64,000 nucleotides of DNA from Eledone cirrhosa (taxonomy: Eukaryota), in contig OZ024743.1 in NCBI GenBank assembly GCA_964016885.1, forward strand, positions 239,754,001-239,818,000, given 5' to 3'. Made by a program: the position numbers and the translations under genes. Of this stretch, positions 48,067 to 64,000 are shown piece after piece. A model generated the notes under the pieces. That model ran no database searches, was not told where the DNA came from, and saw only the letters and a list, made by a program, of their open reading frames with translations. Within the stretch, counting starts at the first letter, position 1. The number at the start of each line of letters is the position of its first letter.

Positions 48067-48927
48067 CGTGTGTTTATATATATATGTTTATATGTGTATA
48101 TATGTATATATATCGGTTATATCATTTATATATCGGTTACAGTATAGGAAAGTTGACGGACAAAATGATATGCATTACGGCATTTTATGGCATTGAAATT
48201 ACACCCCATCCCGCTCTGGGTTCATGTCTGAGCTTGGCCCTTCATCACTCAGGTTTTTTATGAAACAAGAACCGTTTAGATGGTGGTGAATGAAAGGAAG
48301 ATCAGGAACTCTCTGCAGTTTACCTCAGAGGGGATTAAGATAAGATGATGATAATCCTAACTCTGATTAATTGAAGCCGCCTGGGGTAATCCTCATCAGG
48401 AGGTTCTTCTCCCACGGGTTTCGCCTAGGTGCGAAGAGAAGTATAGCTCATACGTCTTAAAGAGTCAGCAATGCTTGAATGAAAAGAAAAAAATCTTTAA
48501 TGAGATACTGCACAGTTTGTATTTTAGATGGATGCCATTTGATACCTTATAGACAGGTAAAGGTTGTTGTTCTATTAGGGTAATTATTAGATACCATGGT
48601 AAGGTACTTGCGTGAGTTTTCCGGTTCGGACGGTGACGAGCCGATCCAGAAACCGTTCGCACTGCTTTACATCATTACTAGTCGTAGATCATTAAATGTG
48701 ACCTGACATATAATATAGAAACACGCACACTATATAATCTAAAAGTATATCTTGATAAGAGTCGTGAAAGACGTAATAGCGAAATTCAAATTGTAAACAA
48801 TGTTTTATCATTATATTTTTGACGGAAGTGATAAACAATATTTTATTACTTCTGAACATTTACTTTAATATATCCTTCTGTGAACTACCAAAGACCCCCT
48901 ACCCCCCCCCCCACACACACACACATT

Positions 48928-48986
<59 letters not shown>

Positions 48987-50091
48987 TGTTGTTGAAGCAA
49001 ACACGTGCACAGATAATGTAGTTCTCAGGAAAATTCAGCGTGGCACGGTGTATGACAAAGTTGACCCTTTGTTATATGTATAACTCATCTTTCCACTTGA
49101 GTGGATTAGAGCAACGTGAAATAGAGAATTTTGCTCAAGGAGACAACCCCCCGACAAATGCGGGTAACTAGCACAGAACCTTACGAGCATGTGCCGAACA
49201 CCTAAACAATTAAACCATACTTCTTCAAGTACACACACTCTCTCTCTCCCTCTCCAACACACACATACACATAGACACACTTTTAGAAATAGCGCCACCC
49301 CGGTGCGGTTTCTACTGGTGTGTCAATGTGTCTATGCATGTGTGTCTCTGTATGTGTATATGTGCATGTGTGTGTGTGAGTGTCGGAATCCGGAATCTAT
49401 TAATGTATAGAAATGTATGAAAAGGGAACACTATATGATTGACATGAAAATGATACGAACACGTATCGACATATGTCGACTTGTAGTTTATTTAATTTAG
49501 TACAATAAACAATGTGTTTATTCTCTAGTAAAAGGTGAGCACACCAACTTAGGTAAATAAAGATGGCATATGAATCTGTAATAAGCAAAGACATGAAACC
49601 GTCAAGTAAAACACCCACTGTGAGGTTCGAACCTTGAGCAATTTTCGAATAAACAATTTTACACTATATTTTATTTTCTCTTGGGTACTCAATAACTTCT
49701 ATTCTCGTTGTAGAATATATTTCGTGAACGGAGAACAATACCAACTTGCGGAGCGCATCCATTTCCAAGCTGTGAATACAAACAATTTCTTCCAGAGAAA
49801 GGGGGAGAGCGAGTGTGTGTCAGAGAGGAAGTAAGAAAGAGAGATGGAGGAAGAATCAACCCTTATACTAGATTGGTAGTTTATCGGCCAAGTACGAGAA
49901 AAAAGCACAGTTTAAGCCAGTAGTATTTGAACTCAGAGCACGCGGTGAGTCAGAATGAATAATGCAAGGCATTTAATCCACAGCTGTATCAGCCGTCTTA
50001 TCTTGTGTAATACTTAAATACATTAAATGACATTTGCTGAAACCAGAGAGCCATGGGGACACACGTACAGTTATATATATATATACATACG

Positions 50092-50127
<36 letters not shown>

Positions 50128-50132
50128 TACAC

Positions 50133-50179
<47 letters not shown>

Positions 50180-50264
50180 CATACATATATATATATATAA
50201 ATATATTATGCGTGTGTCTGTGTGGTTAACACTGGTTTCTAATTTTGGCACAAGGCAATTAGTA

Positions 50265-50410
50265 TTGTTTCTACTTTTGGCACAAGGCCAGCAATTATCC
50301 CAGTGTATTACTGGTACTTTATTTTATCGACCCCGTAAGGATGAAAAGCAAAGTTAACCTCGGCGGGATTTGAACTCAGTCCGTAAAGGGACGTAACTGT
50401 GCTGCAAAGC
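50265..50410 (-). mobile_element. SINE-1 copy
   Basis: Same core and B-box. Confidence 0.8.
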
Positions 50411-50595
50411 AATTAATATTGCTAAATTCTCTGTCGATTAATGACTTTCCACTGTGGTTTACAAATGATAATTTACGCACAAAATTATATAAACAAGCAC
50501 ACACATACACATGTAAATAGCTATGTGGTCAAATAATAACCATTGATACCCAATATATTTATTCATTTATATGTGTGTGTCTTTCTGTGTGCGTG

Positions 50596-50632
<37 letters not shown>

Positions 50633-50960
50633 CTTTTAGTGTTTTCAACTTCAAGAACATTTGTACCGCAGTAATTTTGATTCCCATTCTGTCGAACTGT
50701 TAATATACGAAATAAAAATACCCACGATCCAATACGGGCTGAGACACTCACAGACACATTCACACGAGAGTGAGTGAGAGAGAGAGTGTGTGTGTGTGTG
50801 TGTGAAAGAGAGAAGAGATAAAGAAAGAGGGGGAGTCTCCTGAATTAGATAACAACATTTCACAAGGTTTGGTCAACCTTTAGATATAGTAAAAGTTACT
50901 TGCAGGAGTTACCAGGCTTTGGAAGTTAACACGAACACGCGGGATACAAATCCAACTCCT

Positions 50961-51024
<64 letters not shown>

Positions 51025-51030
<6 letters not shown>

Positions 51031-51255
51031 TCCAGTTCCTCGGAGGAATAACAACACACCCAGGAGCTGGAGATATGGATATATTTGACGGTGAAACGCA
51101 CCTCAACAACATGTGTACCTGTCTTTTCCACAACAATTCGGACTGCCTGAAGAGGTCACAGGCAATGATGACTGTCACCGAAATATATTTAGTAGTAAAT
51201 TTATAATATATAATAAACGAATAATAATTTTACATATTTGACTTACTTATTTTAT
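51025..51255 (+). mobile_element. pLTR family B arm with HHR 51142-51196
   Basis: actgc-CTGAAGA-GGTcACAG..CTGTcACC-GAAA-tatatt-TA-gtagt. Confidence 0.75.
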
Positions 51256-51650
51256 ATATATATATATATATGATCGCACACCCGAAGGGTCAAGTATTTC
51301 GCTACACAAGTATTGGGTAGCGGGTTAAATTACCGTCACCCATGTCTCAATTTAATCCATAAAATGGAAAAACGAAGGGAAAGTGTAGCAGTAAAACGTA
51401 AATCAAAGGGCCAGTCTTGTCTCACTGACCTGCCGAATAAGACCGTTAGAATGTACACGAGTCTGTGGTATATTCAGTCACTTGAATTTAAATTTTAAGA
51501 GTAGGCTGTTCTAGTGGTCGAACAATTGAAACAATTAAACAATTCGGAATAGAGAGGCATCAGTAGATACTATAAAAATATACACGTGAATGAGTAGTTC
51601 ATCAGTTAAATTTATATATATATACATACACATCCGTACACACACACAGA

Positions 51651-51699
<49 letters not shown>

Positions 51700-51702
51700 G
51701 TA

Positions 51703-51734
<32 letters not shown>

Positions 51735-51746
51735 CATATATATATA

Positions 51747-51794
<48 letters not shown>

Positions 51795-52001
51795 TATGTA
51801 TATATATACATATATAAGTTAAAACAATGAAATAAAAATTCAAGTCATTAGGAATATACATCACTGCTTTACGATCGTTTCTAGGTGATAATAATACATC
51901 GTACGCATATTTCGTTATCGAACTATGTAAGGTTAGTTACAAAATATCAAATAAGGAATATATTTAGCTACGTGTATATCGTAAGCCATTGTCAAAAGCA
52001 A

Positions 52002-52051
<50 letters not shown>

Positions 52052-52245
52052 AATGTATGTATATATACACACACACACACACACAGATGTATATATATAT
52101 ATACATTCACATCCATACAAACACCCGTATATATATATATATATAATATATGGGTGTTTGTGTGTATGTGTGTATGGATGTGTATGTATATATATATATT
52201 TATAAATTTAACTAATGAATATATATATATATATGTATATATATG

Positions 52246-52328
<83 letters not shown>

Positions 52329-52383
52329 GTATATATATATGTATGTATATGTATATATGTATATATATATATAAACACACGCG

Positions 52384-52459
<76 letters not shown>

Positions 52460-52590
52460 AGTGTAGGTGTGTGTGTATGTGTGTGCGTGCGTGTGCATAA
52501 AAGCACCGAAACGAAGAGGAGCTCCGGCGGTTAATGAATGAGTGAGGACTGTTCTGAGTTTCGTCAGATTTTCCGTATATGAATATGTAG

Positions 52591-52688
<98 letters not shown>

Positions 52689-52787
52689 ATACATATATGT
52701 ATATATATAAATATATGTATATATAAATGTATACATACATGTATATATATATATATAAACATATATATATATATATATAAATATATG

Positions 52788-52870
<83 letters not shown>

Positions 52871-53039
52871 GTATATATATGTATATTGTGTGTGTAAATA
52901 TATAATTGAACCGTTTTACTCTGCAGTTTCACCAGCAGAGTATCAATATAATTAGACAAGATTTAGCCATATTATATGAATATATAAACTGCTGTAGTAG
53001 CGAGTAATTTTACCCACGGCCATCATTAATATACCGTTT

Positions 53040-53216
<177 letters not shown>

Positions 53217-53569
53217 GGATACACAGATATATATAGTTGTATAAATATAGGTATACATATGTATATGTATATATATATATATATATATTTATATATTTAT
53301 ATATATATTTATACATATATATATATTTTATAAATTAATTATATAAATATATATGTAATTATATAAATATATATATTTATATATATATATTTATATAATT
53401 TATATATAAGCATATCTATATAAGAACATATGTGTATATCTTCGATAATATCTTTATATAAACAGGTGGTGGAGGGGAGAATATAAAGGGAAACAATGTA
53501 TGTATATACACACAAATACATTTATATAGATTTATATAGATTTATATAGATTTATATATATATATATAT

Positions 53570-53860
53570 ATGTATAAGTAAAAAAGATGAGATCGAAAAT
53601 GCAACTTAGTCTTTTTTCTTTTTTAAATATATATTTATTTGGTTCCTTTACCGGTTTCGCAGTTCTTGTGCTTTTCAAAAGTATAGTTGAGATGGGGGAT
53701 CTGTTTAGCCGCAGACCCTCCATCTCCACTCTACTTTTGAAAGGCAGAAGAACTGCGAAACCGGTAAAGGAACCAAATAAATATATATATATTTTTTAAA
53801 ATAAGACTCCAGTTGCATTTTCGATTTCAACTTTTTTCCTTATACTTTCATTCGTGTAAA
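53570..53860. mobile_element. diverged palindrome family L with U3-A8-type HHR motifs
   Basis: ctt-TTGAAAR-GCA(G/C)..CTGC-GAAA-CCGG-TA-aag at 53646-53681 (-) and 53734-53770 (+). Confidence 0.6.
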
Positions 53861-53889
53861 AAAAGAAAAAAAAAAGAAAACACCACACA

Positions 53890-53941
<52 letters not shown>

Positions 53942-54109
53942 TACTAACATAATTTTTCTTGTGATACGGTGAATGTGTGGCGGCCCAGTCCCCGACAAAA
54001 ATTGAGTACTAGTTTATGTCACTGTTGTTATTACTTTTACAAAACTCGTCCTATGGATTGGGTGCTCTTGCCCATGGATATGTCTACCAAACTTTTACTA
54101 CAATATATT

Positions 54110-54151
<42 letters not shown>

Positions 54152-54347
54152 GGTATGTATGTATATATATCCATAGATATATGTAAATACTTATATGTAT
54201 GAATATATGTGTGTGTGGGGGTGTATTTAGGTATATATATTTAAGAATATACATATATATGTACCTATATATATATATGTATATATACATATATATATGT
54301 ATATATCTATATATATATGCATATATACATATACATACATATATATA

Positions 54348-54439
<92 letters not shown>

Positions 54440-54734
54440 AATATAGTTATATATGTCAATGTATATATCAATATAGATATACTTATACATATACATATAT
54501 ATCAAGTTTAATATACAAATGGCTTCTACAGGTCTATAACTGTTTCATTGAAAAGAAATCATTAGAAAAGCCTTGATGAATGAAACAATTCTAGTCCTGT
54601 CGAAGCCATCACTATATTAAACTTGAGCTTTACACACCACTATGTATTGAGTACCGATTGAACCCGGGACTCACATATACACAGACACTTATATATATGT
54701 ATATAAATATATATATATATATATGTTTTTATAA

Positions 54735-54767
<33 letters not shown>

Positions 54768-54772
<5 letters not shown>

Positions 54773-55097
54773 ATTATGTAATAAACAACATAAGGCAATT
54801 ATTCCATTTACCAGTGGTTTCTTAAAAGCAAAAGGTTTTGCTTTCAATCCTCAGAATGAAAAATCCTGGTTTGTTTATTGAATATGGATTCTAAAAAGGT
54901 TTTTAGAATCCATATTCAATAAACAAACCAGGATTTTTCATTCTGAGGATTGAAAGCAAAACCTTTTGCTTTTAAGAAACCACTGGTAAATGGAATAATT
55001 GCCTTATGTTGTTTATTACATAATAATAATAATTAAGCTCTGTTGCTTACATAGAGCACTCTTTTTTCCTGGACTTTTCCGATGGAATTACTTCATT

Positions 55098-55098
<1 letters not shown>
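54768..55098. mobile_element. perfect palindrome family M with HHRs 54802-54861 (-) and 54936-54995 (+)
   Basis: tttcatt-CTGAGGA-TTGAAAGCAAAA cc TTTTGCTTTTAA-GAAA-CC act GG-TA-aatggaa. The tail also occurs at 27700-27795. Confidence 0.85.
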
Positions 55099-55147
<49 letters not shown>

Positions 55148-55309
55148 AATATATATATATATAATATATAAGATCAAAAGATGGTTAAAAGTGTTCCATG
55201 TTCCATCTTTTGATCTTATATATTATGCATACTCCAGTCCTACAAACTGTAGAGTGCTTCTTATCCGATATCTGCATTGCTTTATTGTACTACAATAAAA
55301 CTCACCTCC

Positions 55310-55391
<82 letters not shown>

Positions 55392-55392
55392 A

Positions 55393-55434
<42 letters not shown>

Positions 55435-55435
55435 G

Positions 55436-55562
<127 letters not shown>

Positions 55563-55666
55563 TCTTATAAATACATATATATATATAGAGAGATATATAG
55601 AGATATTTGGCACAATAGGAGTTTATATACATACCTTTCCTGAAACTTCCAGAACGGTTTATATAT

Positions 55667-55805
<139 letters not shown>

Positions 55806-55878
55806 TATACATATATATACATATATATATATATACATATATATACATATATATACATATATATATATATACATATAT

Positions 55879-55925
<47 letters not shown>

Positions 55926-56312
55926 TGTGTGAGTGTCTGTATGTGTGTATGCTTACGTGTCTGTGTTTATACAGTTAATACATGTTAATACATGTTTGTA
56001 TGTGGAAATATTCTATTATTCTCTCATGAAGTCATGTTTATATTTTTATTTGCTCTTCATTACCTCACTCGTCATCGCAATATATCAATTGTGACTGGTT
56101 GTTTTTCATTTTATTTTATTTTCTCAGTCAGGTAGATCACTTTGATTTATATATTATCTGACGTTTGAAAACGATATCTCGACATTCGGATTTACTCTTT
56201 TAATCTACTTTTGTACTACAGGCGTTATTTCATCAATTTCATGAATATTTTCCTTAAATCTGCTCAGCTCCTATAGTTGTTCGTTGCGTCTTTTATAAGG
56301 TTTTAAGTGTTT

Positions 56313-56762
<450 letters not shown>

Positions 56763-56875
56763 TATGTATGCTTTTAGTTGCTCCTTTGTTACGATAAGTA
56801 AACTTTCATTACCGTATTAAAACAATTCTCAGATCCTGAATAGAAGAAAAAATGCTTATCTATCAATATATCCCT

Positions 56876-56916
<41 letters not shown>

Positions 56917-57049
56917 ATTATATATATGTATGAATATATTATATTATATATGTGTGTATATTTATATACACACATATATATATACACGTATATATATATG
57001 TGTGTGTGTATAAAATCTGGGCGAGACATTTAACTTTTCGCTCTATCTA

Positions 57050-57114
57050 GTGCATTGTGACCCCCTCAAACTATTCGATTGGTATCTGCCCTACTGCAAG
57101 TACGACATAGATGT

Positions 57115-57176
<62 letters not shown>

Positions 57177-57237
57177 ACATCTATGTTGTACTTGCAGTAG
57201 GGCAGATACCAATCGAATAGTTTGAGGAGGTCACAAA

Positions 57238-57241
<4 letters not shown>
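57050..57241. repeat. inverted repeat flanking a (TA)n tract
   Basis: 57050-57121 is the reverse complement of 57170-57241. Confidence 0.8.
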
Positions 57242-57302
<61 letters not shown>

Positions 57303-57629
57303 ATATATATATATATATATGTGTATATATATATATACATATATATATCATATATCATATATATATTATATATGTATATGGGGTGTGCATGTGTGTGTAG
57401 ATGTGGGGGATAGGTGAGGGGGAGCAAGTTGGAGTGAACAACATCTGTGTTTCGAATAGGTATAAACCGTTGTCCCAGTTTGATGCAGTTCAACATGTAC
57501 TGTCCTCCCTTATGTAATCAATGTTTAGAAAGCAATGCGTAGAGATAAGGGCGGGGCCCGAATTGGCAGACATGTAGAAATTGAAACCGTTAACAGAAAA
57601 CATATAACTCAATTAACCAAACATGTATT

Positions 57630-57735
<106 letters not shown>

Positions 57736-57762
57736 CATACATCCTTATGCAAATATATAAAC

Positions 57763-57824
<62 letters not shown>

Positions 57825-57979
57825 GTACACGTATATATATATGTGTGTGTGTACGTGTGTACATAAATACACACACACATATGTATATATATATACATGT
57901 ATATATCTATACACACATATATATACATATATATATGTATATATATATATATGTGTATATATATGTGTATATATATATA

Positions 57980-58018
<39 letters not shown>

Positions 58019-58054
58019 TCACACACACACATATATATATGTATACACACATAA

Positions 58055-58167
<113 letters not shown>

Positions 58168-59090
58168 TAAATATCTATATATCTATATATGTATGTATAA
58201 ATCCTTTGCAAAAGAAACCAACAAAGTCACAAGTAGGTAAAACGTACGCACCTGTCTCTGTCCATTTGTATTCCGGTTGTCCAAGAAGCTGGTCTGGAAA
58301 TCAGCGTCTCGCTGGGGGCACCACCAACTCCCTGTCCCTACAGTACACTTAGCATTGCAAACCATTGCTACGTGTTCAAATCCTTCGCCAGGCTGCAAGT
58401 TATTCTCAATGGTTATACCTTTGCGTTTTTAATAAGGGCGGCTTACTTCTGCTTTCGCGCTTTTTTTCTTTTTTATATATTTTACTATTACTATTTTTCT
58501 TTTCTTTCTCGGGTTTCTATTTGGTTGTGATTGGCTATTACTATATTTTTATTAGTAGTAGTAGTAATAGTAGTAGTTGCTGTTTCTACTACTACTACTA
58601 CTACTACTACTACTATTGCTGCTGAGGCTGATGAAATTGATGATGATGACGTTTTTGTGTTTGTTTGTTTGTTGTTAGCATGTGATTTCTTTTTTTTTTT
58701 TAACAATTTCTCCACGTTTTTCCTCTCTCTAATATATATTTCCGATTCCCATTCGTTTATTTTAAATGTTCCCAATAACTTCCTTTTTTTCCCCCCTCTG
58801 ACTTTCACTTTCACTTACTCCTCACTTTTCTACTGCTACTCTCTCTCTCTCTCTCACTCTCACTCTCACTCTATCTAACTATTTCTTTCTCTCTGTATTT
58901 CACACGTTTTATCTCTCTTCGTCTTCCTTTGTTACACTATATAACTGAAGTAGTTTTCTTCCGTTTTCGCTCTCTCGTTCACTCTCTTTCTATGTCTCTT
59001 TCTCTAACTCACTCCCTCTCACTCTTTTTACCAACTAACACACAATATGTCTCTCAATTTTTCAGCCACACTCTCTCCCTCGCTCTCTCG

Positions 59091-59160
<70 letters not shown>

Positions 59161-59713
59161 TTTACATATTCTTCATCGTTCTTCTTCCTCACTTCCGCTC
59201 TTTCTGTTTTCTTTTCTTCTTGTTTCTTTCTTTCTTTCCTTCGGTTACTATTATTATTACTTTTTTTTTTGTCTCTTCTTGTTCCTCTGGACTTTATTGT
59301 TATTGCTTTTTATCGCCTTTTTACACCGCCGTTCCTTTGTAGCGTATCCTTGAATTTAGCCGAAAACCTCGTAGATTTTATACATACACGCGGATATATA
59401 CATCTTTATAGATGATGTAGATGTTGTACGTTTGTGTACGTTATATATATAAACATATATATAAACATATATATATATATATATGTGTGTGTGTGCTTGT
59501 GTGTGTGTATGATGTATGCGTTTTTATATAAATATGTATGTAGTTAAATACATACAGATATATTTATATATGTATAGATATATATATGTATATATGTAAT
59601 ATATATGTGTGTTTATGTGCGTGTTTGTGTGTGTCTGTGTGTATGTGTGTAGATGTGGATGTGCACGTGTGTGTAAATTTATATATATATATAAATGTGT
59701 GTGTGTCTGTGTG

Positions 59714-59758
<45 letters not shown>

Positions 59759-59806
59759 CACACACACACACATATATATATATATAAATATATATATATG
59801 GAAATG

Positions 59807-59905
<99 letters not shown>

Positions 59906-60512
59906 ATGTGTGTGTATATGTATATAAAATGGGGCGAAAGAGAAAAGTAGGTCTAAAAGAGAAATAATACACCAGCGACAGAAAAGCGATCACATCACAA
60001 CACTCCGGCTGGTTTGCTTTAGTTTGTGTGATTGACTGGCTGGCTGGCTCGGAGTTGACTGGCTGACCAGGCAGGCTGTTTTGCGTCCCGGTTGGTTGCT
60101 TCCACTCAGCAAGCAATTTGCATGCACACTAATCATACACTACATATACACATTCACACATATGTACGTACGTACAACACACAAATACATATATGTATAT
60201 ATGTATACAATGTATAGACTGCATACATACAATGCTTACAACCATAATTACGCCCATACATACATATAAACATACATATAAACATACATATAAATATACA
60301 TACATACATACACGATAGACAGATAGGCAAAGAGACAAGCAAAGAGACGCTATATATATGTGTATGTATGTGTTTGTGTGTGTGTGTAGTATATATTTAA
60401 GAATAGGTGTATTCACGCAAGTAGCTGGGTTTTTAAAGCCGCGTGTTTGAATGTGTTTACGTGTCTGTGTATGCACTAAATATTTGAGATTATGTGTGTT
60501 CTTGCAGGTAGC

Positions 60513-60543
<31 letters not shown>

Positions 60544-60717
60544 CTGTGTGTGTATGTGTGTGTGTGTGTGTATGTGTGTATGTGTGTCTGTGTGTGTATG
60601 TGTCTGTCTGTGTGCGTCTGCATATGTGTGTGTCTGTGTATGTGTGTGTGTGTGCATGTATGTATGTGCGTGTGTGTGTGTATGTGTGTGGGTGCGTGTG
60701 TATGTGTGTGTGTGTGT

Positions 60718-60820
<103 letters not shown>

Positions 60821-61085
60821 GCACACGCTGTGAACGAAACTGCATGTGTATAAGTACTTCTAAGTATTTGCAACAAAACTATATTTCTATGTCCAAGCCT
60901 GTGCTACTGTGTCCATGTATTTGTGGCAATCTGTATTAGTATGTGCGTACATGTTGCTTTACACACACTTATACACATATATTTTTATGTATATAAATAC
61001 GTATAGTCCGTGTGTGTGTATGTGTGTGTATGTGTATGTACATATTTATACATGTACACACAAACACACGTAAACAAACAAACAA

Positions 61086-61116
<31 letters not shown>

Positions 61117-61134
61117 CACATATATATATATATG

Positions 61135-61167
<33 letters not shown>

Positions 61168-61273
61168 TTTATAAAAATAACTTCTATAATAAAACGAATA
61201 TACCTATTTACTACTAACGTATTGAGTGCCTTTTTTTATAGTGATCGTCTCCCGATTTACACCGGGATACGAC

Positions 61274-61360
<87 letters not shown>

Positions 61361-61361
61361 C

Positions 61362-61399
<38 letters not shown>

Positions 61400-61459
61400 T
61401 AGTGTGTGTGTGTGTGCGTGTGTGCTTATGTTTGTGTATGTGTATGTACGGTTTCGTCG

Positions 61460-61730
61460 CTTCGTGGCTAGTGGGTTGGATTCACAAGCATGGTGTTAAA
61501 AGTTCGATTACCGGAGCGGGTGATGTGTGTATGTCCTTGAACAAGACACTTTTTTCCACGTTTCCTCCATTTCCATCAGATGTATCAGCCTTTGCCCTTT
61601 CGCTTGGACAACATATTATAATGCAGATGGGAGACTAGTGTGAAAAGCAACTGCTTGTCTTCCAACAAAGCCACAATGCCCAGCCATTTGCCTCGGGGGG
61701 TAAATTTCTAGATGCAAAACCCATAGATTT
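61460..61730 (+). mobile_element. old tRNA-SINE
   Basis: tggctagtgg A-box-like and gttcgattacc B-box-like motifs, then gtccttgaacaagacact. Related 3' part at 3850-4040. Confidence 0.55.
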
Positions 61731-61853
61731 TTTAGCTTGTATGAATACTATATATATATATATGTATATATACATATTTGTATACATGGATTATATACAT
61801 TAAATAGATATATATATATGCTTATATATATGTGTGTGTATATTCATACATAC

Positions 61854-61924
<71 letters not shown>

Positions 61925-62001
61925 TGTGTGTGTGTGAGTGTGTGTATGTTTGTATACATAAATACATTCATATATACATACACACACACACCCATATATA
62001 C

Positions 62002-62051
<50 letters not shown>

Positions 62052-62085
62052 TTGTACATTCACACATTCACACACACAGATACAC

Positions 62086-62149
<64 letters not shown>

Positions 62150-62639
62150 AAAATGAACGTAAAAACAAAATTTGACAGGTAGATATTTAAGTAAATCGAT
62201 GCTATATCGTATATAGACAGACTGGCAGACACACGGACAGATAGAGATGTGAGTAGCTGGAGATGATGTTAAATATTAGTTATATATATTGATAAACACA
62301 AATGTGTATTTCTTTAGATGACTGCAAGAATATATATATATATATATATATATATTAATAAGAGAAATTCCAACTTTGTCTGATTTACTCGTTTTATTTA
62401 CAATCCTTTAAAATATATAATATGGTATTATAATGAAATAGTATGATAGAATATTAAATTCTAAGTGTTAATTGAACAAGTACTTTCATGCTTTCGCAAT
62501 CTTCATGTTCATAATATGTGGTGACAGTCGAGTTTGCAATTTTCAGTTGAAATAGATAGACTATCCAGACAGCTTCCAAAAATAATGGTCGCTTATAATA
62601 GGGTACGTCAAAATTATTTATAAAACTGTTTATATATTG

Positions 62640-62704
62640 TATTTTATCTGACGAAGGCATGCCATATTTTAATATGGTATCCCTGAAATATGTATAATGA
62701 AATA
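62640..62704 (+). ncRNA. hammerhead ribozyme, family C variant
   Basis: tattttat-CTGACGA-A-GGcATGCCATATT tt AATATGGTATcCCT-GAAA-tatgta-TA-atgaaata. Confidence 0.75.
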
Positions 62705-62866
62705 AATATGGTTTTATAAATATAGTTTCCATTTGTTTAATATCGTATATCTACTCCAAAAACTTGTCGAGTGCTTTATATCAGTTATAAAATATTTACT
62801 TGTTGTACCCCAACAATTTTAAATAAAACTTTTGCATATATATATATATATGAATTATATATATAC

Positions 62867-62946
<80 letters not shown>

Positions 62947-62948
<2 letters not shown>

Positions 62949-63135
62949 CGAAGGAGATGTGGTAAGAAACAAGATGAATGATAACGCACTAGAGTACTCG
63001 ATACTTAGGGTAGTAGAGTGGGTAATAGGAAAAAGTTTTACCCCGACGGCAGAGCTCAAGCGTTTCGGCGGCCATTTCTGAACCAGAAATAACCGTCGAA
63101 ACGGCTTGAGCTCTGCCGTCGGGGTTAAACATTTT

Positions 63136-63140
<5 letters not shown>
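62947..63140. mobile_element. pLTR family A palindrome plus tail
   Basis: Centre near 63081. Flanked by (TA)n. Confidence 0.8.
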
Positions 63141-63201
<61 letters not shown>

Positions 63202-63211
63202 ACATACAAAG

Positions 63212-63260
63212 GCTTCTACGGGACTAGAACTGTTTCATTCGGTAGAAATCATCAGGATGC
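63212..63260 (-). ncRNA. type I hammerhead ribozyme, family I
   Basis: gcatc-CTGATGA-T-TTC tacc GAA-T-GAAA-CAG ttctagtc CCG-TA-gaagc. Other copies have CTG, which completes helix III. Confidence 0.7.
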
Positions 63261-63487
63261 AGCTATCCAAGTAATATGGTGGTATTTATATCTTTTCTGG
63301 TGGTAGGAGAGGGTGGTGATTGGGATAATATATATATATATATATATTAAGTAAGCATATTTTCGAAATAATAGTTCATTTTACGATCGTTTCAGGGTGT
63401 CGATTGATTAATGGAAATCAATGTATCGAATAGCATGCTAGTGGTTAAATTACTAATATTTCTAGTCTCGGAATCCCTATATACATA

Positions 63488-63609
<122 letters not shown>

Positions 63610-63749
63610 ATAACTATACAAAATGTTGTCAGAACATAGGAAGGAAATCAATCAATTGTGACTTAACAATTTTAAGATCGAAACTTCTTTTGGGTGATTA
63701 ATATTATTAGTAGCAAACAGGGGAAGAAACTCTTATAATTTTGACTCAC

Positions 63750-63922
63750 CAATGTCTTTTAGAACAATTTAAGACAATGCAGTTGGAGTGAAAATAATCA
63801 ACAATCCAAACTGGTGAATGGGACGGACATCTTTCAATCTCACCAAGGTTAGCAACTTTTTCATTTATTAATTTGTACGTCCGTTCCAATATCTTTACAA
63901 TGGTACATGCATAAGCAAACAA
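63750..63922 (-). CDS. candidate internal coding exon of an unidentified host gene (LFAYACTIVKILERTYK...CIVLNCSKRH)
   Basis: tttccAG acceptor and TG|GTGAGT consensus donor. 173 nt with only one open frame. Confidence 0.55.
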
Positions 63923-64000
63923 CTGGAAATAATTAATTACCAAAGATAGTAGTGAAATAATTCACCATAATCACTTATACACATATATATATTCTCCTCT

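Noticed and set aside
59940-60130. GC-richer unique patch as a promoter or 5' UTR
   Set aside because: No diagnostic motif or splice support is visible.

Overview
AT-rich eukaryotic DNA dominated by microsatellites. The SINEs and repeat style suggest a coleoid cephalopod such as Octopus (inference). Almost all ORFs in the track are artefacts of (TA)n, (CA)n or (GA)n tracts. The main signal is a dense set of unrelated short elements inserted into (TA)n tracts. Most are long palindromes with one arm carrying an extra tail. I can fold more than 20 type I hammerhead ribozyme (HHR) motifs in them, from about 11 sequence families, often one on each strand. Recurrent core variants include U3-A8, an extra purine after position 9, U.U at 10.1-11.1 and palindromic helix III. 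One long copy (5682-6770) runs into the C-terminus of a Penelope-like (PLE) GIY-YIG ORF, which ties the palindromes to PLE pseudo-LTRs. The families also share a short YYGAGYRC motif downstream of the ribozyme. Other content: a duplicated non-autonomous Helitron with apparent 3' transduction, decayed RLE-type LINEs (R4/Dong-like, CRE-like), tRNA-SINEs, a 27-bp minisatellite, a 200-N gap, and a few candidate minus-strand host exons. All folds and alignments were done by eye.
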